From the sequence record ON528727: DNA of 64,000 bases; one strand, 5' to 3'. The notes beneath the pieces are model-generated. The model was not told the origin of the DNA, did no database searches, and saw only the letters and a program-made list of their open reading frames with translations. The DNA is from Shigella phage ESh17. Positions 20,656-29,680 of the stretch are shown piece by piece. Each line of letters starts with the position of its first letter. Within the stretch, counting starts at the first letter, position 1. A program made the position numbers and the translations under genes.

Positions 20656-21024
20656 ATGAAAATCAATCTTAACTCATACATCAAAGGTAAAGATCACGAC
20701 GGCTATAAAGCTATCGAAACTAAAGAACTTCAGTGGCACTTATACAAAGAACAATTTGAATTTGTAAGTTGCATGACTCCTGAAGGTCCTTCTGATGATT
20801 TCTCTTGGAAAATAATGTTAACTAACTTTTTTACTGGAGATACATACGAATTGAAAACTTTGATTATTGGTAAAATTCGTTGTGAGACTTATGAAGATAA
20901 AGAAACTGGTTACTCTGAAGATGTTACGTGGTATCAAAATGGTCGTATTACCGCTGACCTCTTGATTGAAAAAATGAAAGCCAAAGGTGAATTAAATTTA
21001 GATAATTGGATTAAAGTTGCATAA
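20656..21024 (+). CDS. Hypothetical protein (30.x cluster)
   Basis: 122 aa ORF, SD AAGGAG, early promoter upstream. Confidence 0.55.
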   Translation: MKINLNSYIKGKDHDGYKAIETKELQWHLYKEQFEFVSCMTPEGPSDDFSWKIMLTNFFTGDTYELKTLIIGKIRCETYEDKETGYSEDVTWYQNGRITADLLIEKMKAKGELNLDNWIKVA

Positions 21025-21028
21025 AATA

Positions 21029-21058
21029 GTTTACTTTGGTACAGGATATGATATTATA
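21029..21058 (+). promoter_or_regulatory. Early promoter with dyad symmetry GGTACAGG/CCTGTACC
   Basis: GTTTACT, 17 nt, TATTAT; 8 bp inverted repeat 21038-21045/21061-21068. Confidence 0.5.
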
Positions 21059-21093
21059 TACCTGTACCGCAATTAAACATCTTGGAGAATAAA

Positions 21094-21459
21094 ATGAACT
21101 ACATCAACTTTGAACGTAAATATGTTTCTAATGGTATTGCAGGTTCTATTGATACTATCTGCCTTTGGAAACATCAAAATGGATCAGTATGCGAAATTGA
21201 ACAGTATATGACTCCTAACTACGTTTATATGCGATTTGAAAATGGAATCACGGTTTCAATCACAATGGAAGGTTCAAACTTCAAAATCGCTCTGGATGAT
21301 GATTTTCGTCAACGTGATTTAGGGACTCATCCTTGCTGGAATGGTGCTAATCGCAAGCTTTTGGTTAAAACTTGGATTCGTCATATTCTGAGTAATAGAG
21401 CTAAACCTGAGCATCTTGAAGCAATCTTTGATGTAGTTCTTAACGAATTTGATATTTAA
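21094..21459 (+). CDS. Hypothetical protein (30.x cluster)
   Basis: First ATG after SD GGAG (track TTG 21082). Confidence 0.55.
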   Translation: MNYINFERKYVSNGIAGSIDTICLWKHQNGSVCEIEQYMTPNYVYMRFENGITVSITMEGSNFKIALDDDFRQRDLGTHPCWNGANRKLLVKTWIRHILSNRAKPEHLEAIFDVVLNEFDI

Positions 21460-21469
21460 AATAAAATGA

Positions 21470-21489
21470 GGGGCTTCGGCCCCTTGCTG
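21470..21489 (+). terminator. Hairpin, weak terminator
   Basis: GGGGC-ttcg-GCCCC then TTGCTG. Confidence 0.45.
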
Positions 21490-21500
21490 AGGAAAATACT

Positions 21501-21788
21501 ATGTTTATGACTACTTATTTTGATACTCGTAAAAACTTCTGTGAAGTGGTTTTCTCTAAGGCGCCTAAAGACCTTCCTGCTCATTTGCAACCTACCAGCG
21601 AATCGATTAAAAACTACGTTAATGTAGTATGTCCTTTAGAGTTCCGTACTGTAAATGGGCGCGATACTTTAGCTATCACTAAACTCAATCGTGAAATTGA
21701 CATTGACCCTTCAATTGCGCGCGAAATTAATATCTCTGATATTGGCGGCGGTAATGTTAAATCGCACGGTTTTCAGATGAGGTTCTAA
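21501..21788 (+). CDS. Hypothetical protein (30.x cluster)
   Basis: 95 aa ORF, SD GAGGA. Confidence 0.55.
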   Translation: MFMTTYFDTRKNFCEVVFSKAPKDLPAHLQPTSESIKNYVNVVCPLEFRTVNGRDTLAITKLNREIDIDPSIAREINISDIGGGNVKSHGFQMRF

Positions 21789-21985
21789 TGAAATTCTTTT
21801 TAGGTCAAACTGTTGAATTAAAGGGAGTTGGTATACCTGGATTAATTTCTAAGGTTCTACCTCCATTTAAATGGAGTGGTATTCAAATAAAAGAGGCTTA
21901 TATTGTTTCCTGGGTAGATGGAAATGAAGACCTTCGTATGGGCGATGAATTATCTCCTATTTACGGATTAAAGGAATTAGTATGA
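21788..21985 (+). CDS. Hypothetical protein (30.x cluster)
   Basis: 65 aa ORF, TAATG coupling. Confidence 0.5.
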   Translation: MKFFLGQTVELKGVGIPGLISKVLPPFKWSGIQIKEAYIVSWVDGNEDLRMGDELSPIYGLKELV

Positions 21986-22188
21986 ATATAATTAATAAGA
22001 TTTTTGGAATTCAGTACATTAAGGTCACATATAAAGTAACAGATAAAAATCCATATACTGATGAACACGAAGAACCACGAGTTGAGTCTATTATATTAGA
22101 AAAGGACCCTAACTGGCCAGTTGAATTTCGTCTTCCTTGCTATGGTCATTGGGCTGATGTTGAAATTATAAGCATTGAAAATGTCTGA
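21982..22188 (+). CDS. Hypothetical protein (30.x cluster)
   Basis: 68 aa ORF, ATGA coupling. Confidence 0.5.
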   Translation: MNIINKIFGIQYIKVTYKVTDKNPYTDEHEEPRVESIILEKDPNWPVEFRLPCYGHWADVEIISIENV

Positions 22189-22639
22189 GTTAGAGATTAG
22201 AAGCAATTTTAGGTGGCCATCATGTGCATTAAGTAATTTCGCCCAATGGCCTTTCGTTATGGATGGTATTCAATTTGGAGGTCTTGAAGGATTCCTCCAA
22301 GGGTGCAAGGTGAAAAATGTTGAACAACAACGTCGTATATTTGGGTTATCCGGGCTTGCCGCCCAACAAGCTGGAAGGTCTTATGCTAGAGCTCAGGACC
22401 GTGGGACCCTCTTCTGGCTTGGAGTTCCATTTTCAAGATACTCCCCAGCGTGGAAAGAATTATACACAAATGCATATTTTGAAGCAGCGATCCAAAATAG
22501 GGGCTTTCGCGATGCATTACAAGCCTCGAAAGGAAAAGTTTTGAAGCACAGCATGGCTAGTGGTCTAACAAAAGATGATACAATACTAACCGAAGCTGAA
22601 TTTATTGATGTGTTAAACCTATTAAGAGACTCTCTATGA
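22181..22639 (+). CDS. NADAR/YbiA-like (DUF1768) protein
   Basis: LSNFAQWPFVMDGIQFGGLEGFLQ resembles the YbiA motif FSNFAAWPIKVDG...HYFQ; first ATG used (track TTG 22175); locally GC-richer by eye. Confidence 0.55.
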   Translation: MSELEIRSNFRWPSCALSNFAQWPFVMDGIQFGGLEGFLQGCKVKNVEQQRRIFGLSGLAAQQAGRSYARAQDRGTLFWLGVPFSRYSPAWKELYTNAYFEAAIQNRGFRDALQASKGKVLKHSMASGLTKDDTILTEAEFIDVLNLLRDSL

Positions 22640-23499
22640 AGCCTACTATTTTAACTGATATTGATGGAGTATGTTTAAGCTGGCAATCAGGTCTTCCTTA
22701 TTTTGCTCAGAAATATAATCTTCCGTTAGAACATATTTTAAAAATGATCCAAGATGAGAAATTTATTTCTCCAGGTAAACTATTTAATTGTGATGAAGAA
22801 CTTGGCGTCAAGTTAATTGAAAAATACAATCGTTCAGATTTTATTCGTTACTTGTCTCCGTATAAAGATGCTCTGTGTGTAATTAACAAATTAAAAGAAG
22901 ATTATAATTTTGTAGCTGTTACAGCATTGGGTGATTCTATTGACGCTCTGTTGAATCGTCAATTTAATTTGAATGCTCTTTTTCCTGGTGCCTTCTCAGA
23001 AGTAATGATGTGTGGTCATGATTCTTCAAAAGAAGAGTTATTCAAAAAGGCAAAAGAGAAATATAACGTAATTTGTTATATTGACGATCTTGCTCACCAC
23101 TGCGATCATGCGAGTGAAATATTAAATGTTCCGGTTTATTGGATGGCTCGAGGAGAGCGTGACAATATTCCAAAAACTGCGCAGCGAGTTTATACATGGA
23201 ATGATGTAGAAAATAAGCTTTTTTCACCGAAGGAAAATAAAGAAAGTTTTGATAGTGAAAAAGCTATAAAAGATGTAATTGAGAAGATGGTTAAAAACGA
23301 TTCTTTTCGTTGGAACACTACCTGGAGAACTCCTGGATTTAATCCGTATAATCCATATTATACACATCCATATAATCCATATTATACACACCCGTATCAT
23401 ATGAATCCATTCCATACGTGGAGTTATACTAAGCCTGGTGATGCAGGGTATTTTAATAGATTTACTAGTGGTGATAATATTTTCCAAGGAGCATTCTAA
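22636..23499 (+). CDS. HAD-superfamily phosphatase/nucleotidase-like protein with C-terminal NPYYTHPY repeats
   Basis: N-terminal ILTDIDGV (HAD motif I); C-terminal tandem Pro/Tyr repeats. Confidence 0.6.
   Translation: MKPTILTDIDGVCLSWQSGLPYFAQKYNLPLEHILKMIQDEKFISPGKLFNCDEELGVKLIEKYNRSDFIRYLSPYKDALCVINKLKEDYNFVAVTALGDSIDALLNRQFNLNALFPGAFSEVMMCGHDSSKEELFKKAKEKYNVICYIDDLAHHCDHASEILNVPVYWMARGERDNIPKTAQRVYTWNDVENKLFSPKENKESFDSEKAIKDVIEKMVKNDSFRWNTTWRTPGFNPYNPYYTHPYNPYYTHPYHMNPFHTWSYTKPGDAGYFNRFTSGDNIFQGAF
23350..23397 (+). repeat. 24 bp tandem repeat, 2 copies, encoding NPYYTHPY
   Basis: aatccatattatacacatccatat followed by aatccatattatacacacccgtat, in frame within the HAD-like ORF. Confidence 0.7.
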
Positions 23500-23768
23500 T
23501 GTTTGTCGTTCACACTATTTATGAAAATGAAGGTAATACTACACGTGATTATGGTCACGTAAATCAATTTTTTAGATGCAATCCAGAATTCCGAGCTCAA
23601 AAAGACGAACGAATTTTTAAAAAATGTGTAGAGCAAGGTTTCATTTATATCAAGCACTGGATGCAAGGAAATAAAGTTAGAACTACATATCATAGGTCTT
23701 TGACTGAGCTTAATGATGAATTGATTTATAATAGAGCTGTAAACCAAACTCTAAAGGATGAACAATGA
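23499..23768 (+). CDS. Hypothetical protein (30.1 position)
   Basis: 89 aa ORF, TAATG/ATGA coupling. Confidence 0.55.
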   Translation: MFVVHTIYENEGNTTRDYGHVNQFFRCNPEFRAQKDERIFKKCVEQGFIYIKHWMQGNKVRTTYHRSLTELNDELIYNRAVNQTLKDEQ

Positions 23769-25228
23769 TTCTTAAAATTCTGAACGAAATAGCATCTATT
23801 GGTTCAACTAAGCAGAAGCAAGCAATTCTTGAAAAGAATAAAGATAATGAATTGCTTAAACGAGTATATCGTCTAACTTATTCTCGTGGGTTACAGTATT
23901 ATATCAAGAAATGGCCTAAACCTGGTATTGCTACCCAGAGTTTTGGAATGTTGACTCTTACCGATATGCTTGACTTCATTGAATTCACATTAGCTACTCG
24001 GAAATTGACTGGAAATGCGGCAATTGAAGAATTAACTGGATATATCACCGATGGTAAAAAGGATGATGTTGAAGTTTTGCGTCGGGTGATGATGCGAGAC
24101 CTTGAATGCGGTGCTTCAGTATCTATTGCAAACAAAGTTTGGCCAGGTTTAATTCCTGAACAACCTCAAATGCTGGCAAGTTCTTATGATGAAAAAGGCA
24201 TTAATAAGAATATCAAATTTCCAGCCTTTGCCCAATTAAAAGCTGATGGAGCTCGGTGTTTTGCCGAAGTCAGAGGTGATGAATTAGATGATGTTCGTCT
24301 TTTATCACGAGCTGGTAATGAATATCTAGGATTAGACCTTCTCAAAGAAGAGTTAATCAAAATGACCGCTGAAGCCCGCCAGATTCATCCAGAAGGTGTG
24401 TTAATTGATGGCGAATTGGTATACCATGAGCAAGTTAAAAAGGAGCCAGAAGGCCTAGATTTTCTTTTTGATGCTTATCCTGAAATTAGTAAAGCTAAAG
24501 AATTCGCCGAAGTAGCTGAATCTCGTACTGCATCTAATGGCATCGCCAATAAATCTTTAAAGGGAACCATTTCTGAAAAAGAAGCACAATGCATGAAGTT
24601 TCAGGTCTGGGATTATGTACCGTTGGTAGAAATATACGGTCTTCCGGCGTTTCGTTTAAAATATGATGTACGTTTTTCTAAACTAGAACAAATGACATCA
24701 GGATATGATAAAGTAATTTTAATTGAAAACCAGGTAGTAAATAACCTAGATGAAGCTAAGGTAATTTATAAAAAGTATATTGACCAAGGTCTTGAAGGTA
24801 TTATTCTCAAAAATACCGATGGATTGTGGGAAAATGCTCGTTCAAAAAATCTCTATAAATTTAAAGAAGTAATTGATGTTGATTTAAAAATTGTAGGAAT
24901 TTATCCTCACCGTAAAGACCCTACTAAAGCAGGTGGATTTATTCTTGAATCAGAGTGTGGAAAAATTAAAGTAAATGCTGGTTCAGGCTTAAAAGATAAA
25001 GCTGGTGTAAAATCGCATGAACTTGATCGTACTCGCATTATGGAAAACCAAAATTATTATATTGGAAAAATTCTAGAGTGCGAATGCAACGGTTGGTTAA
25101 AATCTGATGGACGTACTGATTACGTTAAATTATTTCTTCCGATTGCGATTCGTTTACGTGAAGATAAAACTAAAGCTAATACATTCGAGGATGTATTTGG
25201 TGATTTTCATGAGGTAACTGGTCTATGA
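23765..25228 (+). CDS. 30: ATP-dependent DNA ligase
   Basis: 487 aa MILKILNEIASIGSTKQKQAILEKNKDNELLKRVYRL..., adenylation motif KADGAR. Confidence 0.97.
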   Translation: MILKILNEIASIGSTKQKQAILEKNKDNELLKRVYRLTYSRGLQYYIKKWPKPGIATQSFGMLTLTDMLDFIEFTLATRKLTGNAAIEELTGYITDGKKDDVEVLRRVMMRDLECGASVSIANKVWPGLIPEQPQMLASSYDEKGINKNIKFPAFAQLKADGARCFAEVRGDELDDVRLLSRAGNEYLGLDLLKEELIKMTAEARQIHPEGVLIDGELVYHEQVKKEPEGLDFLFDAYPEISKAKEFAEVAESRTASNGIANKSLKGTISEKEAQCMKFQVWDYVPLVEIYGLPAFRLKYDVRFSKLEQMTSGYDKVILIENQVVNNLDEAKVIYKKYIDQGLEGIILKNTDGLWENARSKNLYKFKEVIDVDLKIVGIYPHRKDPTKAGGFILESECGKIKVNAGSGLKDKAGVKSHELDRTRIMENQNYYIGKILECECNGWLKSDGRTDYVKLFLPIAIRLREDKTKANTFEDVFGDFHEVTGL

Positions 25229-25413
25229 AAGCTTACTTAGAAACAATTGTCATTGCTCAAAAAGAAGGTGGAGATGTTTCTACTTCTGTATCACAAGTCA
25301 TTCTCGAATTTGTAGATGCATATGCTTATAATAAATTCACAGAAACATTTGATGCCTATGAAAAAGGTCCAAAGTTTGAAATATATCGTACTCTCTTACC
25401 ACTAGATTACTAA
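25225..25413 (+). CDS. Hypothetical small protein between ligase and alt
   Basis: 62 aa ORF, ATGA overlap with ligase, followed by hairpin. Confidence 0.5.
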   Translation: MKAYLETIVIAQKEGGDVSTSVSQVILEFVDAYAYNKFTETFDAYEKGPKFEIYRTLLPLDY

Positions 25414-25434
25414 AGGCCTTCGGGCCTTTAATTT
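25414..25434 (+). terminator. Hairpin/terminator before alt
   Basis: AGGCC-ttcg-GGCCT then TTAATTTT. Confidence 0.5.
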
Positions 25435-25442
25435 TATAAATA
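25435..25442 (+). promoter_or_regulatory. Late promoter TATAAATA for alt
   Basis: TATAAATA about 24 bp before alt ATG, after a terminator hairpin. Confidence 0.6.
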
Positions 25443-25465
25443 GAATAAACACTAGAGAGGATATG

Positions 25466-27559
25466 ATGGAACTCATTACAGAATTATTTGACGAAGATAC
25501 TACTCTTCCGATTACAAACTTAAATCCAAAGAAGAAAATACCGCAAATTTTTTCAGTTCATGTTGATGACGCAATTGAACAACCAGGCTTTCGTTTATGT
25601 ACCTATACATCTGGAGGTGATACTAATCGCGATTTAAAGATGGGCGATAAAATGATGCATATTGTTCCTTTTACATTAACTGCTAAAGGTTCAATTGCTA
25701 AATTAAAAGGTCTCGGTCCAAGCCCAATTAATTACATCAATTCAGTTTTTACTGTTGCAATGCAAACGATGCGTCAGTATAAAATTGATGCCTGCATGCT
25801 CCGTATTCTTAAGTCTAAAACTGCTGGTCAAGCTCGTCAAATTCAACTTATTGCTGATAGACTTATCCGCAGTCGTTCAGGTGGCAGATACGTCCTTCTT
25901 AAGGAACTCTGGGATTACGATAAAAAGTATGCATATATTCTTATACATCGCAAAAATGTATCACTAGAAGACATTCCAGGAGTTCCGGAAATTAGTACCG
26001 AGCTCTTTACTAAAGTTGAATCGAAGGTCGGTGATGTTTATATCAATAAAGATACTGGAGCTCAAGTAACTAAAAATGAGGCAATTGCAGCATCTATTGC
26101 GCAAGAAAATGATAAACGTTCTGACCAAGCTGTAATCGTTAAAGTTAAAATTTCACGTAGAGCAATTGCGCAAAGTCAATCATTGGAATCTTCTAGATTT
26201 GAAAGTGAATTATTCCAGAAGTATGAATCTACCGCAGCTAATTTCAATAAACCTGCTACCGCTCCTTTAATTCCCGAAGCAGAAGAAATGAAGCTTGGAA
26301 TTAATTCGTTAGCTTCTAAAACTAAGGCAGCAAAAATTATTGCCGAAGGAACTGCGAATGAACTTCACTATGACTATAAATTCTTTTCAAAAAGTGAGGT
26401 TGATGAAGTTTCAGAAAAAATTAAAGATGTAATTTTTAACGCAATCAAAAATGAACCAACTACTTCAATAAAATGTTTAGAGAAATACGCAGCAGCTGTT
26501 AATAAATTCTTTGAAGAATATAAAGATAATTGGCTTGATAAACATAATAAAACTCGTAAAGGGCAACCAGATGAAGTCTGGGGAGAAATAACTAAAAATG
26601 CATGGAATGCAGCAAAAACTAAATTCCTCAAACGAATGATTTATAGCTTTTCTGGAATTGGTGCTGGTCCAATGATTGATATTACTATTGCCCGTGATGG
26701 TTCTAAATATACTCCATCACAAAAGCGAGGTATTAGAGAATATTGTGGTTCAGGATATACAGACATTAATAATCTTCTTTTAGGTCGTTACAATCCAGAA
26801 CGATATGATGTAATGAGTGAAAAAGAAATTGAATCTGCTATAAATAATTTAGATTCAGCTTTTGAAAATGGTGACCGCATACCGGAAGGCATTACAGTTT
26901 ATCGTGCTCAAAGTATGACTGCTCCTATATACGAAGCACTAGTTAAAAATAAAGTGTTCTATTTCAGAAATTTTGTATCTACTTCTTTAACTCCTATCAT
27001 TTTTGGACGTTTTGGAATTACACATGCTGGTATTGGTCTTTTAGAACCAGAAGCTCGCAATGAATTAACAGTTGATAAAAATGAAGAAGGAATAACTATT
27101 AATCCAAACGAAATAAGAGCGTATAAAGAAAATCCTGAATACGTTAAAGTTCAAATAGGATGGGCAATTGATGGAGCTCATAAAGTTAATGTTGTATATC
27201 CAGGAAGTCTCGGAATAGCAACAGAAGCCGAAGTTATTCTACCGCGCGGATTGATGGTCAAAGTTAATAAAATAACTGATGCTTCTAATAATGACGGAAC
27301 CACGTCTAATAATACAAAACTCATTCAAGCTGAAGTTATGACCACCGAAGAACTCACCGAATCGGTAATTTATGACGGTGACCGTTTAATGGAAACCGGC
27401 GAAGTAGTTGCAATGACAGGTGATATTGAAATAGAAGACAGAGTTGACTTTGCATCATTTGTTTCATCAAATGTTAAACAGAAAGTAGAATCATCTCTTG
27501 GAATTATTGCGTCTTGCATAGATATTACAAACATGCCTTACAAGTTCGTTCAAGGATAA
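25466..27559 (+). CDS. alt: Alt ADP-ribosyltransferase (head-packaged, injected)
   Basis: 697 aa MELITELFD..., ART motifs TVYRAQS, FVSTSL, EAEVILPRG; late promoter upstream. Confidence 0.9.
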   Translation: MELITELFDEDTTLPITNLNPKKKIPQIFSVHVDDAIEQPGFRLCTYTSGGDTNRDLKMGDKMMHIVPFTLTAKGSIAKLKGLGPSPINYINSVFTVAMQTMRQYKIDACMLRILKSKTAGQARQIQLIADRLIRSRSGGRYVLLKELWDYDKKYAYILIHRKNVSLEDIPGVPEISTELFTKVESKVGDVYINKDTGAQVTKNEAIAASIAQENDKRSDQAVIVKVKISRRAIAQSQSLESSRFESELFQKYESTAANFNKPATAPLIPEAEEMKLGINSLASKTKAAKIIAEGTANELHYDYKFFSKSEVDEVSEKIKDVIFNAIKNEPTTSIKCLEKYAAAVNKFFEEYKDNWLDKHNKTRKGQPDEVWGEITKNAWNAAKTKFLKRMIYSFSGIGAGPMIDITIARDGSKYTPSQKRGIREYCGSGYTDINNLLLGRYNPERYDVMSEKEIESAINNLDSAFENGDRIPEGITVYRAQSMTAPIYEALVKNKVFYFRNFVSTSLTPIIFGRFGITHAGIGLLEPEARNELTVDKNEEGITINPNEIRAYKENPEYVKVQIGWAIDGAHKVNVVYPGSLGIATEAEVILPRGLMVKVNKITDASNNDGTTSNNTKLIQAEVMTTEELTESVIYDGDRLMETGEVVAMTGDIEIEDRVDFASFVSSNVKQKVESSLGIIASCIDITNMPYKFVQG

Positions 27560-27562
27560 ATC

Positions 27563-29620
27563 ATGGAACTTATTACAGAATTATTTGACGGCGCTTCGGC
27601 GCCGGTTGTTAACTTAAATCCTAAGCATAAAATACCACAAATTTTTGCTATTCAAGCCGGTGAAGAAAGCGTGCTTCCTGGATTTAGATTTTGTACATAC
27701 ACCTCTGGCGGTGATACGAATAAAAACGTTAAGCCAGGCGATAAAATGATGCATATCGTAATGATAGGTGTCAACGAGAAATTATCGCTGGTTAAGCTTA
27801 GAAACTTGGGTGGAAATCCAATTGGCGTCATTAATGCTGTTTTTGATACTGCTCTTCAAACAATGAAACAGTATAAAATTGACGCATGCCTATTCCGCGT
27901 ACTAAAAAGTAAAACAAATGGCGCTGCTCGTCAAATGCAAGTTATTGCTGACCGTTTAGTACGTACTAAAGGAGCAGGTCGATATGTTCTTTTAAAGGAA
28001 ATCTGGGACTATGATAAAAAGTATGCATATATTATGGTTTACCGTAAAAATGCCAATTTAGAAGACATTCCAGGTGTACCTCCTATTTCAACTGAGTTAT
28101 TCACAAAAGTTGAATCGAAGGTCGGTGATGTTTATGTAGATGTTAAAACAGGTAATGCTGTTCCTAAAGCTGTCGCTGTTGCTGCTTCTATTGCTTTAGA
28201 AAATGATAAGCGCACGGATCAAGCTGTTATTCAAAAAACTAAAATTAGTCGTCGATTAGCAGCACAAGCTCAATATTCTACTGTCGATGCTTCACTTCAG
28301 GGTGATAGCTTCGCTGCTAAGAAATATCAAGAGTTTGAATCTAAAGTTCCGGTATATAAAGCAGAAGGTCCGATGAACTCTGGCGTTATCCAGATTGGTT
28401 CAAACTTCAGCAAAGGAGCTATCGGTGGTATGAGGAGTGCTTCTCGTTTTAAATCTAGCGATTATGAACTAGAAAACTTCCGAAATCATATTGCATTGGC
28501 CCATGCACGTTTACGTGATCCATCTATCAAGTTGCAGAGCGATATAACATATCAAGGTTCTCAAGAATATTTAAAGAATAAAGAATTCTTTGATTATAAA
28601 ACTGATAAAATTTTAAGCGATCTTGCTGACATTAATATTTCTAATAGCTTTGATGTTATTAAGAAAATTATTAATGATTTAGTTAAAGGTTCTAAAGCTA
28701 CGCCAGATGAAAAGACAGCTATTATTCAATTTGTCATGAATGGCATTTATAAATTGATTAATGAATCTGCTGCCCAGGCATATGAATATGCAAGCACCGA
28801 AGTAACTCCAAAAGGATTAACTCAGGCTGAGTCTGATGTAATTGAAGATTATTGTGCAGATTCATATGTTGAAATGAACTCGTTCCTCTTGGGTAAACCA
28901 GATTCTACCCGTGAAGAATACATGGAACGAGCTATTAAACACATCGAGACAATGGATTCTGCATTCGCTAAAGGTTCAGTTCTTCCTCCAGGAACTACGC
29001 TTTATCGTGGACAAGAAGTTACTTTTAAAACTTTACGTCATAATATTGAAAACAAAATGTTCTATTTCAAGAACTTTGTATCCACGTCGCTTAAACCAAA
29101 CATCTTCGGTGAGCATGGTAAAAACTATATGGCTCTAGATGATTCCGGTGCAGTATTTTCTGGTGAAGGAGAAGGTTCTGTTGATGCTGAAGATTTAATG
29201 CATATGGGTAGTCACTCTGCTTATGCGAATGAAGACGCTGAAACTAGCGTAGGTATGGTAATTAAAGGGGCTGAGCGAATCAAAGTTATCGTTCCAGGTC
29301 ATTTATCAGGATTTCCATCAGAAGCTGAAGTTATTTTACCGCGTGGAATTTTGCTGAAGATTAATAAAGTGAGCACGTACATGATGAAAGAAACTGCTTA
29401 TAATAAGTATCTAATCGAAGGCACAATCGTTCCTCCTTCTGAACAATTAGAAGAATCGGTATATGATGGCGATCATCTAATGGAAACTGGTGAAGTTCGT
29501 CCAATGGCTGGGTTTAATCAATTCCTTGTAGAAGAATCAAAAGAAGAGGAAAACGAAGTTTCTCAAATCTTGGCTTCTTTGGTTAACATCAACGGAATGT
29601 CTAAAAAGTTCAAGATGTAG
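27563..29620 (+). CDS. Alt-like ADP-ribosyltransferase paralogue
   Basis: 685 aa; same N-terminus MELITELFD and same ART motifs (TLYRGQE, FVSTSL, EAEVILPRG), divergent middle region. Confidence 0.8.
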   Translation: MELITELFDGASAPVVNLNPKHKIPQIFAIQAGEESVLPGFRFCTYTSGGDTNKNVKPGDKMMHIVMIGVNEKLSLVKLRNLGGNPIGVINAVFDTALQTMKQYKIDACLFRVLKSKTNGAARQMQVIADRLVRTKGAGRYVLLKEIWDYDKKYAYIMVYRKNANLEDIPGVPPISTELFTKVESKVGDVYVDVKTGNAVPKAVAVAASIALENDKRTDQAVIQKTKISRRLAAQAQYSTVDASLQGDSFAAKKYQEFESKVPVYKAEGPMNSGVIQIGSNFSKGAIGGMRSASRFKSSDYELENFRNHIALAHARLRDPSIKLQSDITYQGSQEYLKNKEFFDYKTDKILSDLADINISNSFDVIKKIINDLVKGSKATPDEKTAIIQFVMNGIYKLINESAAQAYEYASTEVTPKGLTQAESDVIEDYCADSYVEMNSFLLGKPDSTREEYMERAIKHIETMDSAFAKGSVLPPGTTLYRGQEVTFKTLRHNIENKMFYFKNFVSTSLKPNIFGEHGKNYMALDDSGAVFSGEGEGSVDAEDLMHMGSHSAYANEDAETSVGMVIKGAERIKVIVPGHLSGFPSEAEVILPRGILLKINKVSTYMMKETAYNKYLIEGTIVPPSEQLEESVYDGDHLMETGEVRPMAGFNQFLVEESKEEENEVSQILASLVNINGMSKKFKM

Positions 29621-29673
29621 TTTACAAGTCCCTCGTGTTGTGTTACAATAGTTTTACTGACATAACATGAGGA
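29620..29673 (+). repeat. 54 bp promoter/leader cassette, copy 2 (after alt paralogue)
   Basis: Same sequence as 14273-14326 with a few substitutions; -10 here is TACAAT. Confidence 0.7.
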
Positions 29674-29680
29674 ACACAAA

